DNA from: Hyaloraphidium curvatum SAG 235-1
Taxonomy: Eukaryota; Fungi; Monoblepharomycota
Length of the DNA: 64,000 nt
Assembly: GCA_025558095.1 (NCBI GenBank)
Contig: JAIVFI010000032.1
Coordinates: 434,001-498,000 of the forward strand
Direction of reading: 5' to 3'
The notes beneath the pieces are model-generated. The model searched no databases. It saw only the letters and a program-made list of their open reading frames with translations, and was not told the origin of the DNA. Of the stretch, positions 33,851 through 46,357 are shown one piece after another; position 1 is the stretch's first letter, and every line of letters starts with the position of its first letter. Made by a program: the position numbers and the translations under genes.

Positions 33851-35215
33851 TCAGCACTTCACCACCTCCTGCGCGGCCAGGGGTTCCACGGCGGCCGCGA
33901 TGGCCGCCTCGGGCTCCGCCTCTGCGGCCCCCGCCACCGACGCCCTGCCCTCCCTGACCGCCTCCCTCACCTGCACCACCCCGTCCTCCCCCGCGATCTC
34001 GAGAGCGAACGCCAGCAGCTCCTCGAGCACCGCGACCACCCTCGCCCGCCACGACTCTGCCGGCTCCCCTTCCACCCCGGGCCCGAGCGCGTGGTCGTAC
34101 GCGGCCACGAACCGCGCGTAGACCAGCGCCCCCTCGAGCTTCAGATCGACGCCCTTGGAGCGCATGAACGCGTCGGCGCTCCCGATGTGCGCCTCGAGCT
34201 CGCCCTTGGGAGCCGCGGGTGCGCGGTGCCGCGAGACGTACCGCTCCAGCATGCCGTCGAAGGCCACGGGGCCGGGGCAAGCACGCTCGAGGGGAAGCCA
34301 GTACGCGCGGTAAACGCGCTCCTGCTCGGGCATGGAGAGGTCGGCGAAGGAGGCGAGAACGAGGTTTCGGACTAGGTCGCATGCGTCAAATTTGATGCCA
34401 GGGGTTGGGTTGTAGAGCAGGGCGCCGGCGGAGAGGAGGGTCTTTTCCTGGAGGTACTGGAAGACTTGACAGAGGTCGAGTTCCGGGGATAGGAGCTCCA
34501 TGTACATGATGGTCATGCGCTTGGTCGCGGCCTCGGCCATCGCGAGCAGATCGGTCGACGAAAGCACAGCGGCCTTGGCGTCGAAAAGCTCCTTGACAGT
34601 GCCGAGGTACGCTCCGGCGGAGCCCAGGTTCCCCGCGCCGTCGGGAAGCAGCGCCGCGGGACAGATCAGCCTGAAAAACGGCCGGCGGTCGGGAAAGCTC
34701 GGCAGCAGCCGCGACCATGGCAGCGAGTCGCCCTCGTCCAGCGCCTCGACGGCGCGTGCCAGCTCGGCGTCCTCGACGGGCAGGGAAAAGACGGTGGCGT
34801 GCAGAGCGTCGGCCGCCGCGATCAGGTCCGCAGCCACGGGGCCGTTCGCCCCGCCGGCCCCGATCCCGAGCGCCTTGGCCCTCAGGGCGTCGCGCAGGGC
34901 GGCGCAGAGCAGCATGGTCGTTGTGATGCGCTGCTGGCCGTCGATGCAGAGCAGCGTCCTGCCGTCGGACCGCCGCCTGAAGAAGGCTTTGCCGGTGCGG
35001 TGCCCCGACGGCCCCGCCGCGGCGGCGTCGCGCCACCACTTGGCCGCGACGGCGGCGTCCCACCGGTAGCGCCGCTGCATGATGGGGATCTCGAAGCGCG
35101 GCGAGGAGGCGAGCAACGCGGCGAGCGTCATTGGCCGAACGTCTGTACGGCTTCCAGCATCGTTCAAGCCCGGGCACGTCGAGGCGAGGTGCCGCAGCGG
35201 CCGCGGGCCTGCCAT
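33851..35215 (-). CDS. DUF262-domain protein (GmrS/SspE/DndB-like ParB-Srx fold), intronless
   Basis: FEIPIMQRRYRW, LCIDGQQRITT, VFQYLQ, and a C-terminal DLVRNLVL element. Confidence 0.85.
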   Translation of the reverse strand: MAGPRPLRHLASTCPGLNDAGSRTDVRPMTLAALLASSPRFEIPIMQRRYRWDAAVAAKWWRDAAAAGPSGHRTGKAFFRRRSDGRTLLCIDGQQRITTTMLLCAALRDALRAKALGIGAGGANGPVAADLIAAADALHATVFSLPVEDAELARAVEALDEGDSLPWSRLLPSFPDRRPFFRLICPAALLPDGAGNLGSAGAYLGTVKELFDAKAAVLSSTDLLAMAEAATKRMTIMYMELLSPELDLCQVFQYLQEKTLLSAGALLYNPTPGIKFDACDLVRNLVLASFADLSMPEQERVYRAYWLPLERACPGPVAFDGMLERYVSRHRAPAAPKGELEAHIGSADAFMRSKGVDLKLEGALVYARFVAAYDHALGPGVEGEPAESWRARVVAVLEELLAFALEIAGEDGVVQVREAVREGRASVAGAAEAEPEAAIAAAVEPLAAQEVVKC

Positions 35216-35693
35216 GGCACTGGCAGGCCCTCCGGTGCTGCTGACGGCACTTAGGGGACGAGTTGTGGGACAAATAAACTCCGTGATGCGCCGCAGCAAT
35301 ATGCGGCGTCGGTGGCAACAAGGGACCTCGTATTTCCCGAAAAGGGCCGAGCCGAATCGCGCATCGACGGGTCATGGATGTGCGAAAACGCAGCTGAAGT
35401 ACTGCTTCGGCCTCCCCGTGGGTTTCTAGCCGGGATGGCATCCACCGAGGGATGAAACCGAGCTGTCCTCGAAGTAGGGTCCGGCATCAGTTGAAGGCCA
35501 CAACAACAGCGACCGATTCCGGTTATGGATTCACGCTCTCCATTGCCGGTTGAGGATTCTCGAACAGCTGCCGGGCATCTTCCATCTGCGTCGAAGGAAG
35601 GGAAGAATCCAAGCAGAACGGTACGGTCGAGCTCAACAGTAGCTTCCTTCCATTCCACCCCATGATCGAGCACCAGATATTCCAAGAAACGTC

Positions 35694-36616
35694 TCAAGCC
35701 GACCCGGCTCCGCCCTTGTGGCTCGCCAGCCTGCTAGGGCACCCCTCCACCTTCCCCGGATCCCCACCGCCCCGCTCGTACTCCTCGCAGATCGTCCTCA
35801 CGAAATCCGCCGGCTCGTGCCCCCCCTCGCAATCCTGCCACTGCCCGCCGTCCACCAGGCACCGCATCTTGCCCGCCACGTGCACGGTGCAGCTCTTTTT
35901 CGCCCCCGCGGCCCGCGTGGCCTCGCCCGACGCGAAGAGGAGCTCCTTTCCGAGGTCCGAGTCGGCGCATTTGGTGATTTCGGCGGGGTCGAGCCCGATC
36001 CGCGCCGCGCAGGTCGCCAGGAGGTCGGCTGAGGGGATTTCGTAGTACTTTGCAGATTGGCAAGTGACGAACTTGAACCAGTCGTTGGGCGAGGAGCCGG
36101 CGGGCGGGGACTGCTTGAACAAGTGGTAGGCGCAGAGCTGCTGCCTGTTGCCGGCGCACTCGGTGTCCCCCTGGTCGATGGAAACGGGGTCACGCGATGC
36201 AGCGAACCCGTCTCGGACGGCCACCCACGTGCGGGCAGGAAAGAACCCCGTCGTTCATCCTCACGATGTAGTCGGTCCTAATCTCGGCGATTGCCCCGAC
36301 CTGATATTGGACCCGCCGTGAGCACCGCAGCACGCGTGCGCGTGGCCGGTCCGTTCACCTTTGCCACCGCCTCCGCCAGGATGGGCTCGCAACGCGCGGC
36401 GTCCGGGCACCGCGACATGACGTACGCCGTCACGGGAACCGGCGCCGGCCCCGCGCGGCGCAGCCCGAGGTCGGCGGCCGCGTCCTTTGGAGAGCCGGTC
36501 GACGCCGCGGGCTTGGCGGCCGGCGGCGGCGACGAGAGCGAGACGAGCGAAATCATGAGGCACAGGAGGAGCATCGCCATCGATGTGGACGAGCCCCCGG
36601 AGCTGTTCGTCGCCAT
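35694..36616 (-). CDS. Gamma-interferon-inducible lysosomal thiol reductase (GILT)-like protein, multi-exon
   Basis: Signal/TM, VTAYVMSRCPDA..CE, G-x-x-ECAGNRQQLC, KSCTVHVAGKMRCLVDGGQWQDC. Confidence 0.85.
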
Positions 36617-36902
36617 CGTGCCGGAGTCGGGTGACACGGACGAGTGGAGACGAGTGACGGGCTGCTTGGCCGCCTTCGGTGGAGCTTCGAAACTTCCCAC
36701 GAATCTGGACTCATTTCAACCGCCAAAAGCCGAGGAAAACATCGAATTGGACGAATAGCTAAGCTACAAGCTCGAGAAAGTTCTGTCTAGCGACGAAAGT
36801 GTCGGATGCCGGGGGTGCAGGGGGCGATCAACGCCCACCCGCCGCGGTGCTCAAAAGCCGGCGCTGGGGTATAGAGGCAATCTACAGATCGGCGTCGCCG
36901 GC

Positions 36903-39525
36903 TCATTCGTCCGGCGTCGGCTCGGGGGTCTCGGGGCCGCCGCCGGCGAACGGCGGGGGGTTGCTGGCGGCGTAGAACTCGCGGTAGTGCGCGACCGACT
37001 TCTTGCTCCTGGCAAACTTGAGGCCGCACGCGTTGCAGAGCCTGCGAGGGATAAGGAGAGTCAGGCATGAAACTGGCATAGACCGGATCCCGAGAAACCC
37101 ACGTCTTCTCCCCCGTCGGGCCCTTCCTCCACTCGGGGCTGTGGTTGGTGTTGCACCACTCGCACTTCTTGGGCGCCTTGGCATGCGATGTGCCCGGCGG
37201 CCTCGGCGCCCGCGGCGCGCGGGGCCTGTCCTTCTTCTGCCGCTTGCGCGCCCGCGCCCGCGCCCCGCCGTACTCGCCGTCCGCGCCGACCAGCCCGCCG
37301 TCCGTCTCGCGGTCCGAGTCCGTGTCCGAGTAGCGGTCCGCGCCCGTGGACCAGGATTCGGCCTCCGAAAACTCCTCGATCGTGTATCCCGGGTCCGCCA
37401 GGGGCTGGACGACGACCCCGTTGGGCCGCTTGCGCTCGGGCGACGTCGGCGTGGGCTGCCTCTCTTCGTCGTCGCCCTCGGGGCCCGGCCCGACTGGGCG
37501 GAGCGGAGGCGGCTTGCTCTTCTTCTTGGCCGGCTTCTCCTTCTCCCGCTCCTTGTTCTCCTTCTTGGGCGACGGAGCGGGCGGCACTGCTTCGGGCCCT
37601 GGCGCAATAGAGAACTTGAGGATGGTCGCGCTCGACAGCGAATTCATGGTCCGGCGCTGCGTGTCCGCGATCGGCTCCAGGTTGTGCTCCGGCGGCGGGG
37701 TGAGGCACCGGGACGGCGCCTCGTAGAGCTCCCACTGCATCTCGCCGGCCTTGGAGGAGCCCGGATGGCCCTCGTGATCGCACTCGTAGTGCAGAGAGGG
37801 GGTCGAGGGGGGATCCAGCGAGGCCATGGGGCCGGGGTGGAGGTAGCCGTTGAAGGTGGGTGCTCCGTCGGCGACCGAGGGGAAGGGGAGGCCGAGGAGC
37901 GGGGTGTTGGGCAGGGTCGCGTTCGGAGTGCGGAAAACACGGAAAGGGCGCCCCGTTTCCGCCATCTCGGAGCCGTCCGGGAAGAGCGCCCGCGGGTCCA
38001 CGAAGATGTTGACGGGAGATCCGATGCCGAGCAGCGACGGCGAGCTGAGGAAACTGCTCGAGGTCTCCATCGGCGTGTCGCCGTCCGCCACGGGCTCGCT
38101 GTGCAGCTCCGCGTACTGGGGCTCGTGGTGCGAGGCGTGCATCATGCCCAGCCCGAGTCCGATCGCTGGGTTCGCGGCCGCCGCCGCCGCCGCGAGCCGC
38201 GCCTTCTCCTCGCGCATCTCTCCGCGCAGGCGCTCCAGCCAATGCTGCTGCACCTCGTCCGTAACCGTCCCGAGGTCGCCGAACCTGCCGGCCTGGAGGA
38301 GGATCCTGCATGCGACCTCGGGGATGCCCTTGGTGGCGTCGAAGAGCATGGGGAGGAGGTAGTACCCGACGGGGCTCTCCTTGAGGGCCATGAGGTGGTT
38401 CGGGTTGTCCGCCATGGCGTAGGTGACGAGCTGGCGGACGAAGCCCAGCTTCTCCTGCAAGCACTGCGTGAGCACGGTCGCAAAAGGCGTCGCGTCGCCG
38501 GACGCGGAGCCGGTGTTCAGTTCCGAGGTCATGAAGGCTGAGACCCGGCTGTAGATGGAGGCAACGGCCTGCTGGATGTTGACGTCGAGGTCCCACTCGA
38601 AAGGCTTTACGACGTTGCGGGCCTCTTCCGCAAGGAACACCTGGTAAGCCAGCCGCGGGTTGGAAACCACGAGGGAATGGAGCGCGGCCATGCAATTGAT
38701 GCGGAACACGTGCCACCGGTTGAGAATCTCCGCCAGCACCTGATGTGCGCGCTGACGCTGCTGGTGCTGAGCAAGAGCCTCTAGAGCTGCGCCGTGGGAT
38801 CCGAGGGTAGCGGGCGGGACCGAAAGTCTGTCCGCAGTCGGGTGAGGAAAGGCGGTCGCAGCCGGTTGTTGGTCCGAAACAGGATGCAGAGGCGGGCGAG
38901 CAAAGACGGCGGCAGAGGACGGCACAGCAGGTGTCTGCTGTTGTCGGGGATCGGAATGCGTGAGCTGCACAAGATCAGGGGCAGTTTCCGGTGCAGTGAG
39001 TGTCACTTTCGGAAGCGATGCCACCGAAGGAGGTTCAAGCTGGATGGCTTGGGCCGTGGCAGGCTGGTCCAAGCCGATTTCTGCTGCAGAAGCGTCTCCG
39101 GCGTCCGTCATGATGACCTCCTCAATCTCCAGCGGAGGGACAACGCCGTGCGAGTCCATGAGCGGCGACGCCGAAGGCCGACTCGAGCCGTCGACCGGCC
39201 AGCCATCCGGGCCCGACGCACGGGCCACCAGAGTGTCCGTCCGTTCCAGAGTCTGGGGGAAGCTGAAGTCCGAGAATGCTATGAGCGAGTCCGAGCGCGA
39301 GAGGGGCATTGCGGGCAGGGTCAAGTGGTCGCCCTCGACAAGAGTTGTCGCCGACAGGAGGCCCGTGGGGGCGGATCCTGGCGTCGGCGTTTTGCTGTCG
39401 ATGACAAGCTCCGGCAAAGGCACATGAAACTGAAGGGAATGAGACACCTTCCGGCTTGGTCCGCCATTGAGATCAACGAACGTGTCTTCCCGGGAAAGGG
39501 AGGAGAAATGTCGGAGACCTTCCAT
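36903..39525 (-). CDS. GATA zinc-finger transcription factor (C-X2-C-X18-C-X2-C); start uncertain
   Basis: CEWCNTNHSPEWRKGPTGEKT/LCNACGLKF across an intron at about 37041-37101; long disordered N-terminal region. Confidence 0.9.
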
Positions 39526-40524
39526 GGGCCAGAACTGGCTCGTCAACATCCGATTGTCCAGAAAGACGCCGAGGTGCGAACACAATCGCGCAAAAGATAC
39601 CCAAGTGAGCAGAGGGGCACAATACGGCAAACTCGAACTCACAGGCGCACGCCGCAGCAGCCAGCTGTTGCAAGGATACTACCGCGAAGACGGTGTCGGA
39701 AAGTGACCTGGCGGAGCAGAATCAGCCTTCGCTCTGGAACAAAGAGCAGCAAAAGAGCGCCGTGCACGGTGCCATGCCTGCTGCTTTCGAGAGTGCTGTT
39801 GTCCACCCCCCGTGCGAGTTGGCGGAGCAAGCACAGGGCCTTCTCCCCATCCACCCCGAGATAACTCCCCGTGCAGTCCATCATCGTCCGGAATGGGACA
39901 ATGCTCACCTCGAAGGATGTCCGCGCGCTCACGGGAGAGCGGGATGAGGGGGAGCGACGCGCGGGGAGTCGGCATGCAGCGAGTCGACGCCGCAGTCCCC
40001 GAATCCCGGCAGCCCCGCCAAACAAAGCTCAATCCCAAGATGCAGGACAAAACCGAGTCTGCCGGCTCCTAGTATCCCTGGCTGTCGTCGTGCACGAAGG
40101 TCCGGGAGGTGTACTCGTGTCGTAAACAGCGCTTGTTTGCGACCGAGAGCGTGCTCCTCCGCGGCGCCGCTCAGCAGCCGTTTCCTTCCTGCTGCGGCGA
40201 TGGCGCAACTTGGCAGTCCGAGGAGCCAAATGCCGACCGAGAATCGCCCCAGTTGGGCAGATGCGCCGGTGATTCGACGAGCTGTGTGGTTGTCGGGGAG
40301 GCGGCCTCAACAACCGACCGCCCGGACAAACAGCCCCGAATCACTTCGCGCTTACCACCAAACTACGGCACGAAGAAGGCAAGCATGGCAAACATTGTTG
40401 TATTCGACACCGATAAAGCCATTTACTCGGGCCCTTAAGCTCGCATCGTCGAGTTCATTGCCACGAAAGCGGTCACCCGGTCCCGCCGTTTGCCACTAGA
40501 TCCGCAATGCGCCCCACAACCTCA

Positions 40525-41481
40525 TCATCTTAACCAAAAGACCAAATTCCACCGTTCTCCGTGTCCTCCGGGCGGCACAAGCACCTCGTGCCAAACATCG
40601 CCGAGGTGACAGACTGCCCATCCTCGTTCGTGCTTCACCTGCACCTTCCTCCTCTTCTTCTTGTCCGGTTCCCGGTCGAGAGGGTCCTCAAATACGAGCG
40701 TCGTCTCCGAAGAGTCGAAAAGGCAGAGGTTCAGCGTCACGCGGGCGCTGTCAATATGCGCCGGCAAAGGCGATTGCTCCCGAGGAAGGTAGCGAATCAC
40801 AAAGACATGGTGGGGATAGCGGGCGGCAGGGACAACTGCTGGGTCATCTCGCCAGGAAAGAAGGTCCTCCAGATCAGGGTAGAGCCACGATGCGGCAGGA
40901 TTTGATTCAGGGTAGCTGAACATCGCCATGCCGTTGTGATGCGGGAACAGGGCCCGTCAGCATCCCGTTGCGGCGTTCGCACAGAATGGCCAAACCCACA
41001 GCCGGCGGAGAAGAGGTCCCATTGTCTCTAGCAGCTCCGCAACGAATCCTCGGAAACTTGGAAGAGACTCTCGCTCCGTCAACACGTGGCCGCTATTCAA
41101 CACGGGGTCACGCCGGGGCCAGTGCACTTTAACAGCCGCTTGACCGTACTAGTGGTGCAGTGCGTTCGGTTTCCTCGAACCGGCCGGCTTGGGCAAGTCG
41201 TCCGCGTCGTCGCGCTCAGGAAGGTCCCCGCGGAACTCGCGAACGAACCAATCGCAGCCGTCCTCGTTCAGCAAAGGGAAAGAAAACACCGCGTGCTCCA
41301 CGATTGTCCGTATAGCTCCGGAATCCGGCTCCGAGGGATGGAGCTTGGCAGGGAACGCAGGGTGCAAGAGCGCGGCGAGCGGTGGCGGCGGCGAAGGCGA
41401 GGACGGCGAGGGAGACATGGCAACTCCTGCAGATGAGACAGACGCGAACGACGCCGCCAAATGCCGAAGACGCGTTGTCAT
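40525..41481 (-). CDS. 2-oxoglutarate/Fe(II) dioxygenase (OGFOD2/PLOD-like); 2 introns
   Basis: KPNALHH/YG, FVIRY, AHIDSARVTLNLCL (HxD), WHEV, GERWNLVFW. Confidence 0.85.
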
Positions 41482-41568
41482 TGAAGTCCGGCGATCGACC
41501 GGTCTGTTTTGAGACGCGACGTAGTAGCGCCGGGCCGAAACGGTGCCGATCTCGCCTTGCTGAGCGAA

Positions 41569-42708
41569 ATGGGTCCCGATGGCGAACGAAAGATCAGAAT
41601 CACGACGCCAGAAGGGCGAGCGCTCGTCGGCGTCCTCTCTCTGCGGCCGCCAAGGCCGGGCCGACGGAAGCGTGACCTTTTCCTTGTTCTGCACGGAATT
41701 TTCGGCCACAAGGACTACCTGATGCTACCTCAAATGGCGGCGAAGCTGCCTGTTTCTGCTCTTCGATACGATTGTCAGGGCTGCGGGGAGAGCGACGGGG
41801 TGGACCGGAACTATGGCGGATACTGTGGGTCTTCTCCGCGGAACGCGGACATCGCCGTCGTTGACGTAAATGCCGTCTGCAGACGACGATCTGGTGGACA
41901 TTCGCTTCATCGTCGACCTTTTTGAGCGACCGGAGGCCCATCGGACATCGTCTGGGTTCCCCGTCCGCGTCGTGGAACACGACGGACACCTTTCTCCTGC
42001 CGACGACCTTCTGTCGCTCGGTTTCGAGGTCACCGGCATGATTGGCCACAGCAAGGGTGCCCACATTATCTTCATGCATCTCGGTTCCATCTTCAACACG
42101 TCCATCTTGGCGAACCTGCCCGCCGCGCCGCCGTCGCGGGACGGCAAAGTTTCTGCCCGCCTGCACGACACTCCCCGCACGACGAACGTAAAGTATCTCG
42201 TGGATCTCTCGACGAGATATGACATGGAAACGCTGCGGGAACGCTACGATTCGCGTTGGGCCGAGGCGGAGAAGGAAGGGGTGTTCACCGTTGAAGTGCC
42301 GCCGTTCCATTACATTCCCGGCAAAGGGATCATGGAGAAAGGGCGGGAGAAGGAGCTGGTTTACATGGTCGATCTCGTCGAGTTCATGAAGATCCCCATG
42401 GGCGGTCTTGGTTGGTAGAGAAACGTTTCTTCGGAGTTTCACTGATTCTGACACTTACTTTTCCAGCGCGGTCGATCCCTCCGAGCGTCGCCACGCTCAT
42501 CACCCACTGCAAAGGTGACACCCTCACCCCCCCGTGGCACTCTGTCGAGGGCTTCCATCGCGCCATCCCGCACTCGGACCTCATTCTCCTTGACGGCGGC
42601 GACCACAACTACTCCAGACCGAAGGAGCTCAGCACCCGGATCGTGGATGAGATTTGCTCCTGGATTAACAACGGGATGGCGAAAGAAGGGTCGCCCGCGA
42701 AGATGTGA
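41569..42708 (+). CDS. Alpha/beta hydrolase; 2 introns
   Basis: LVLHGIFGHKD, RYDCQGCGES, IGHSKGA (nucleophile Ser), HCKGD, DGGDHNY; C-terminal AKM. Confidence 0.85.
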
Positions 42709-42721
42709 CATCCCGATGTGG

Positions 42722-44411
42722 CTAGAGCTTGCGCATCATCGCTGCCACCTGCTGCGAGTAGGACATCTTGGAGTAATACTCAAGGTCGTACTGCTTCTTT
42801 GTCAATGACGGGTCATAGAAGTGCAGTCAACCACCAACCTTGCGCAGCACCTGGTGGTAGAGCATTCCCGTCTCTCCGAGAGTCTCCCGCAGAACGGTGT
42901 CCTCGGCGAGGTTGGCGAGCGCCTCTTCCAGCGTCTTTGGCATTGGTACCGCATTCTTGGGCTCGTCCGTGGTCTCGGGGGGGAGCTCCAGTCCACGTGC
43001 CAGTCCGTCCATCCCTGAGGCAAGGAAAGCGGCGAGCCCGACATACGGATTCGCAGTGGAATCGTAGGCCCGGATCTCTACATTGTCACAACGCGTGCCG
43101 TACGGCGGAGAGGACACCCGAAGGGTGCATTCTCGGTTCTCCCGGCCCCAGGTGACGGCCGTGCATCCGCTCCACGCTCCAGTCTGCATTGCCTGCGATC
43201 AGGGATTCATTGCCCCGGATGGCTAAAAGAGCTAGCGCTCACCGCGGTCGCCCTCGCATAACTGTTGATGGTCGGCATGGTGACGCCCGCAATCGCTGGG
43301 AGGTGCTCCATGATCCCGGCCATGAAGCATTCGGCAGTCTTGGACATCCCCGCGGCCGACGACGGATCCGGGAAGATGTTGATCCCCGAGGCATCCACGA
43401 GCGACATGTGGATATGGAGCCCATTGCCCTGCTCTCCCTTGAAGGGCTTGGGGAGCAGCGTGCATCCGAGCCCGTGCTTGCCCGCGATCGCATCGACGGT
43501 CTGGCGCAGGAACAGCAGATCGTCCGCCGCGCGGAGCATGGGCACCGGGGCCAGGCTGACTTCATAGGCACCGGGAGCGGACTCGGGGTGGAAGGTGTAG
43601 GGAGTGATGCCGACAGACGCGAGGGTGTCGACAATCTCGCGAACGCACTTGCCGCCGAGGCTGCGGTAGGCGGCGTCCTGGCAGTACACGTACTCGTCCA
43701 CGGGCTTGGGCAGACCGTCTGCATCGAAGCCGTCAAACTGGAGGATCGTCAGCGACGGCATGGGGGTTCAATGGAGCGGCCGGCCCACCAGAGTGAACTC
43801 AATCTCCATGCCCACGATGGGCTCCAGCCCGTACTTGGACTTGAGCAGCTCCAGCTGCTTCTTCAGCGTGTTGCGGGGGCAGAAGGAGGCAGGCACCTTG
43901 CCCCCGTCCGGCGTGTAGTCCCAGACCTCGCCGATGACACACGCGACACCGTCCTCATACGGGAGCACGCGGAGCGTCTCCAGGTCGGGCAGGAAGTTCA
44001 TCTCGCCCGTGGCGCCGACGCCGGTTCCGGGGAGGATAAGGTCCGCGCAAAGGGGCTGCTGGTAAACCACATTGGGCTTGCCGAGGCCCGTGGTCGCCAG
44101 CTTTGGGAGCCGGAAGAGCGGCACCGAGACCGACAGCATGATGTTGCTTTCAAGGGCATTGTCAGATGAGGGATGCGTACGGAGAATGAGCAGAATGCGT
44201 ACTTGAGGTTCAGCATCGCGATCCGGATCCATTTGACGCCCATTGTTTCGAGCTTGTCGACCAGCGAAGCTTCCGACTCGGTCTCCAATAGTACGTCCGA
44301 CGAGTGCGCATTCCTGACCGAGAGGGGCGGAGTGGCGAGGCGGGAGACCTGCTCCAGCGGCAGCTTGGTTTCCAGGGCGTGGACAAGCGGGAGGGGCGAG
44401 AGGGCGGACAT
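42722..44411 (-). CDS. Glutamine-synthetase-like protein (FluG C-terminal/gamma-glutamylamide synthetase type), multi-exon
   Basis: CPRNTLK, GMEIEF, HPESAPGAYE, LPKPF...GNGLHIHMSL, NSYAR, WGRENRE, NVEIRAYDSTANPY. Confidence 0.9.
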
Positions 44412-44758
44412 TCCGGCGCGCGGAGGCGACAACGTTGGCAGGGCGCTGGCGAGACGGTTTCGCGGCACCGCGTCGGTCCGAGGTGAAGGAAGAGAGGCAA
44501 TAAAGCGTCCTGCAGGGGTTGGACGCGGCCGATGACCCGATTTGAAGGTGTTCGCCGTCTATCTTCGGCGCGCAATCTCGATCGATCCGCGTGGCGGTGC
44601 AATTCGCTACCCGCAGCGCGTGAGGCCTAACAGCGCAAGACGGCTAGAAGCTCTACCGACCTGGGATGATCCAAGGTAGTGAAGCTCTCTGATGGTAGAC
44701 TACATGGGTGGCCGCCTGGCCTACATTACACTCTCCCGCTCCACCGAAGTCCAGCAGA

Positions 44759-46357
44759 TCACGACAGCACGCCCACCGCCCACGCCCCGACCGTCACCCC
44801 GCCCACCAGCACCCCAAAGAACCCCAGCTGCCAGAGCAGCGGCACCCCCACCCACGCCACGAACCTCATCAGCGGCACGTAGGTCGCCAGCACCGCCGCC
44901 GCGATCGTCGCGAGGTCGTACGCCCCCGGCTCCGCGACGATCTCCTTGGAAACGAGCTCCGCCGCCCGCGAGCCGACGACCTCCAAATCGCGCACCGTCT
45001 TCTCGTCGCCCCATTTGCCCGTCTCGGAGAAGGACCGCAGCGCGAGGTCGATCTCGAGCCAGCGGTCCGTGAGCCACGCGGCGAAGGCGTCCAGGCGCGC
45101 GGCTTCCTCCGGGGGGAGGTCGTGCGATGCCGAGGGGGAGGGGGAGCGCCCGCGAGCGGGGGGTGTGGCGACGTCGGCGCTGCGACCGCGTGGGGGCTCG
45201 TCGTCGACGTCCGACGGATTTTCGGAGGGGGGAATGACGGTGAGCGTCGGCGTGGGCGCGGGGGAAACGGCGGCGGCGGCGGGGCGGCTGCGGAGCCCCG
45301 GGCGTTCGGGGTTGGGCCTGATGAGCTTGGGTTCCTCCGCCGGCGCCGAGGCAAGGCCCGCGATCCCGGGGATCTCCTCCACCGGGAACCTCCACACCCT
45401 CCACTCGACCGACGCCGGTCCCTCCCCCCCGAAAAAGACCTTTGCAGGCGTGTACTCGTCCCACGCGTACTTTCCCTTGGCCAGCGGGCTGTACGCTTGC
45501 GCGACGAGGTACAGCGCCCGCGTCGCCGGCGGGTCCTTGGCCAGGTGGCGGAGCACCGAGTAGAGCCCCATGGCGCGGGGCATGAGCGAGGCCTGGAAGG
45601 GGTGCGGCACGCCCTGCTTCTCGGCGTAGGCGCGGGATTTCTCGAGGGTTTCGGCGACGATGGTGGTGCCTTCGGCGTAGATGAGGGTCCAGTAGCCGCA
45701 AGCGTCGGTGCGGATGAGGTCCCTGGAAGGAAAGGGGGTCAATTGGCCGTCCGAGGGGTGTGTTCCGCCGCCAACCCACATGTAGCGGTCGAAACTGCGC
45801 CTGTCGCTCTGCCAGTCGCGCCGCAGCAGCACGAGCTCGAAGTTGCGGATGCCGTTGCCGATCAGTGGGATGTTTCCGATGTCGGCCTTGAGGAAAATCT
45901 TCAGGTCCGGCCCGCGGCCGCCCTTGGCGGCCACGATCCACGCGTAGATCCAGTCTAGCAAACTCTGGTGATTTCCAGTGAGCACCGGATCCTTCTCCTT
46001 GTACAGCGCCTCGAGCACCCCGGGCGGCGCCTGCACCACGACCTTTGGCGCGCCGGCGGGCGTCGCCGCGAACAGGTTCATGAACACGAGGACGAACGAC
46101 GCCCAGAGGCCCTCGGTGAAGCGGATCCCGGAGCGGTAGACCCATCTGAAGCGCGCGCGCCATTCTGGGGGGACCTGCTCGCGCAGGCGCTGCACAAAGG
46201 TCGGGAGGTGCTGCCGGCGGCCGTAGTCGGGCTTGGCCGTCAACGGGTAGATGAGGAGGAAGGGAATTTGAAGGGCCAAGAGCGAGCTCGTAACTAAAAC
46301 CATGAGTCCCATGAAACCGGCGAGGGCGGCGAGTCGGCCGGCCATGGAGCGCGCCAT
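44759..46357 (-). CDS. Lysophospholipid acyltransferase (PlsC family, LCLAT/LPGAT-like); probable in-frame intron
   Basis: NHQSLLDW (HX4D), FLKADI, LRRDWQSD, YAEGT, PR; N- and C-terminal TM segments. Confidence 0.9.
   Translation of the reverse strand: MARSMAGRLAALAGFMGLMVLVTSSLLALQIPFLLIYPLTAKPDYGRRQHLPTFVQRLREQVPPEWRARFRWVYRSGIRFTEGLWASFVLVFMNLFAATPAGAPKVVVQAPPGVLEALYKEKDPVLTGNHQSLLDWIYAWIVAAKGGRGPDLKIFLKADIGNIPLIGNGIRNFELVLLRRDWQSDRRSFDRYMWVGGGTHPSDGQLTPFPSRDLIRTDACGYWTLIYAEGTTIVAETLEKSRAYAEKQGVPHPFQASLMPRAMGLYSVLRHLAKDPPATRALYLVAQAYSPLAKGKYAWDEYTPAKVFFGGEGPASVEWRVWRFPVEEIPGIAGLASAPAEEPKLIRPNPERPGLRSRPAAAAVSPAPTPTLTVIPPSENPSDVDDEPPRGRSADVATPPARGRSPSPSASHDLPPEEAARLDAFAAWLTDRWLEIDLALRSFSETGKWGDEKTVRDLEVVGSRAAELVSKEIVAEPGAYDLATIAAAVLATYVPLMRFVAWVGVPLLWQLGFFGVLVGGVTVGAWAVGVLS

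Noticed and set aside
16294-35215. SfsA and DUF262 as a single prokaryotic defence operon
   Set aside because: They are about 16 kb apart on opposite strands and separated by unrelated eukaryotic genes. There is no methylase, HNH or dnd/ssp partner.
39526-40500. Possible uORFs or extra exons upstream of the GATA factor
   Set aside because: I could not build a consistent exon chain or distinguish uORFs from chance ORFs without transcript data.
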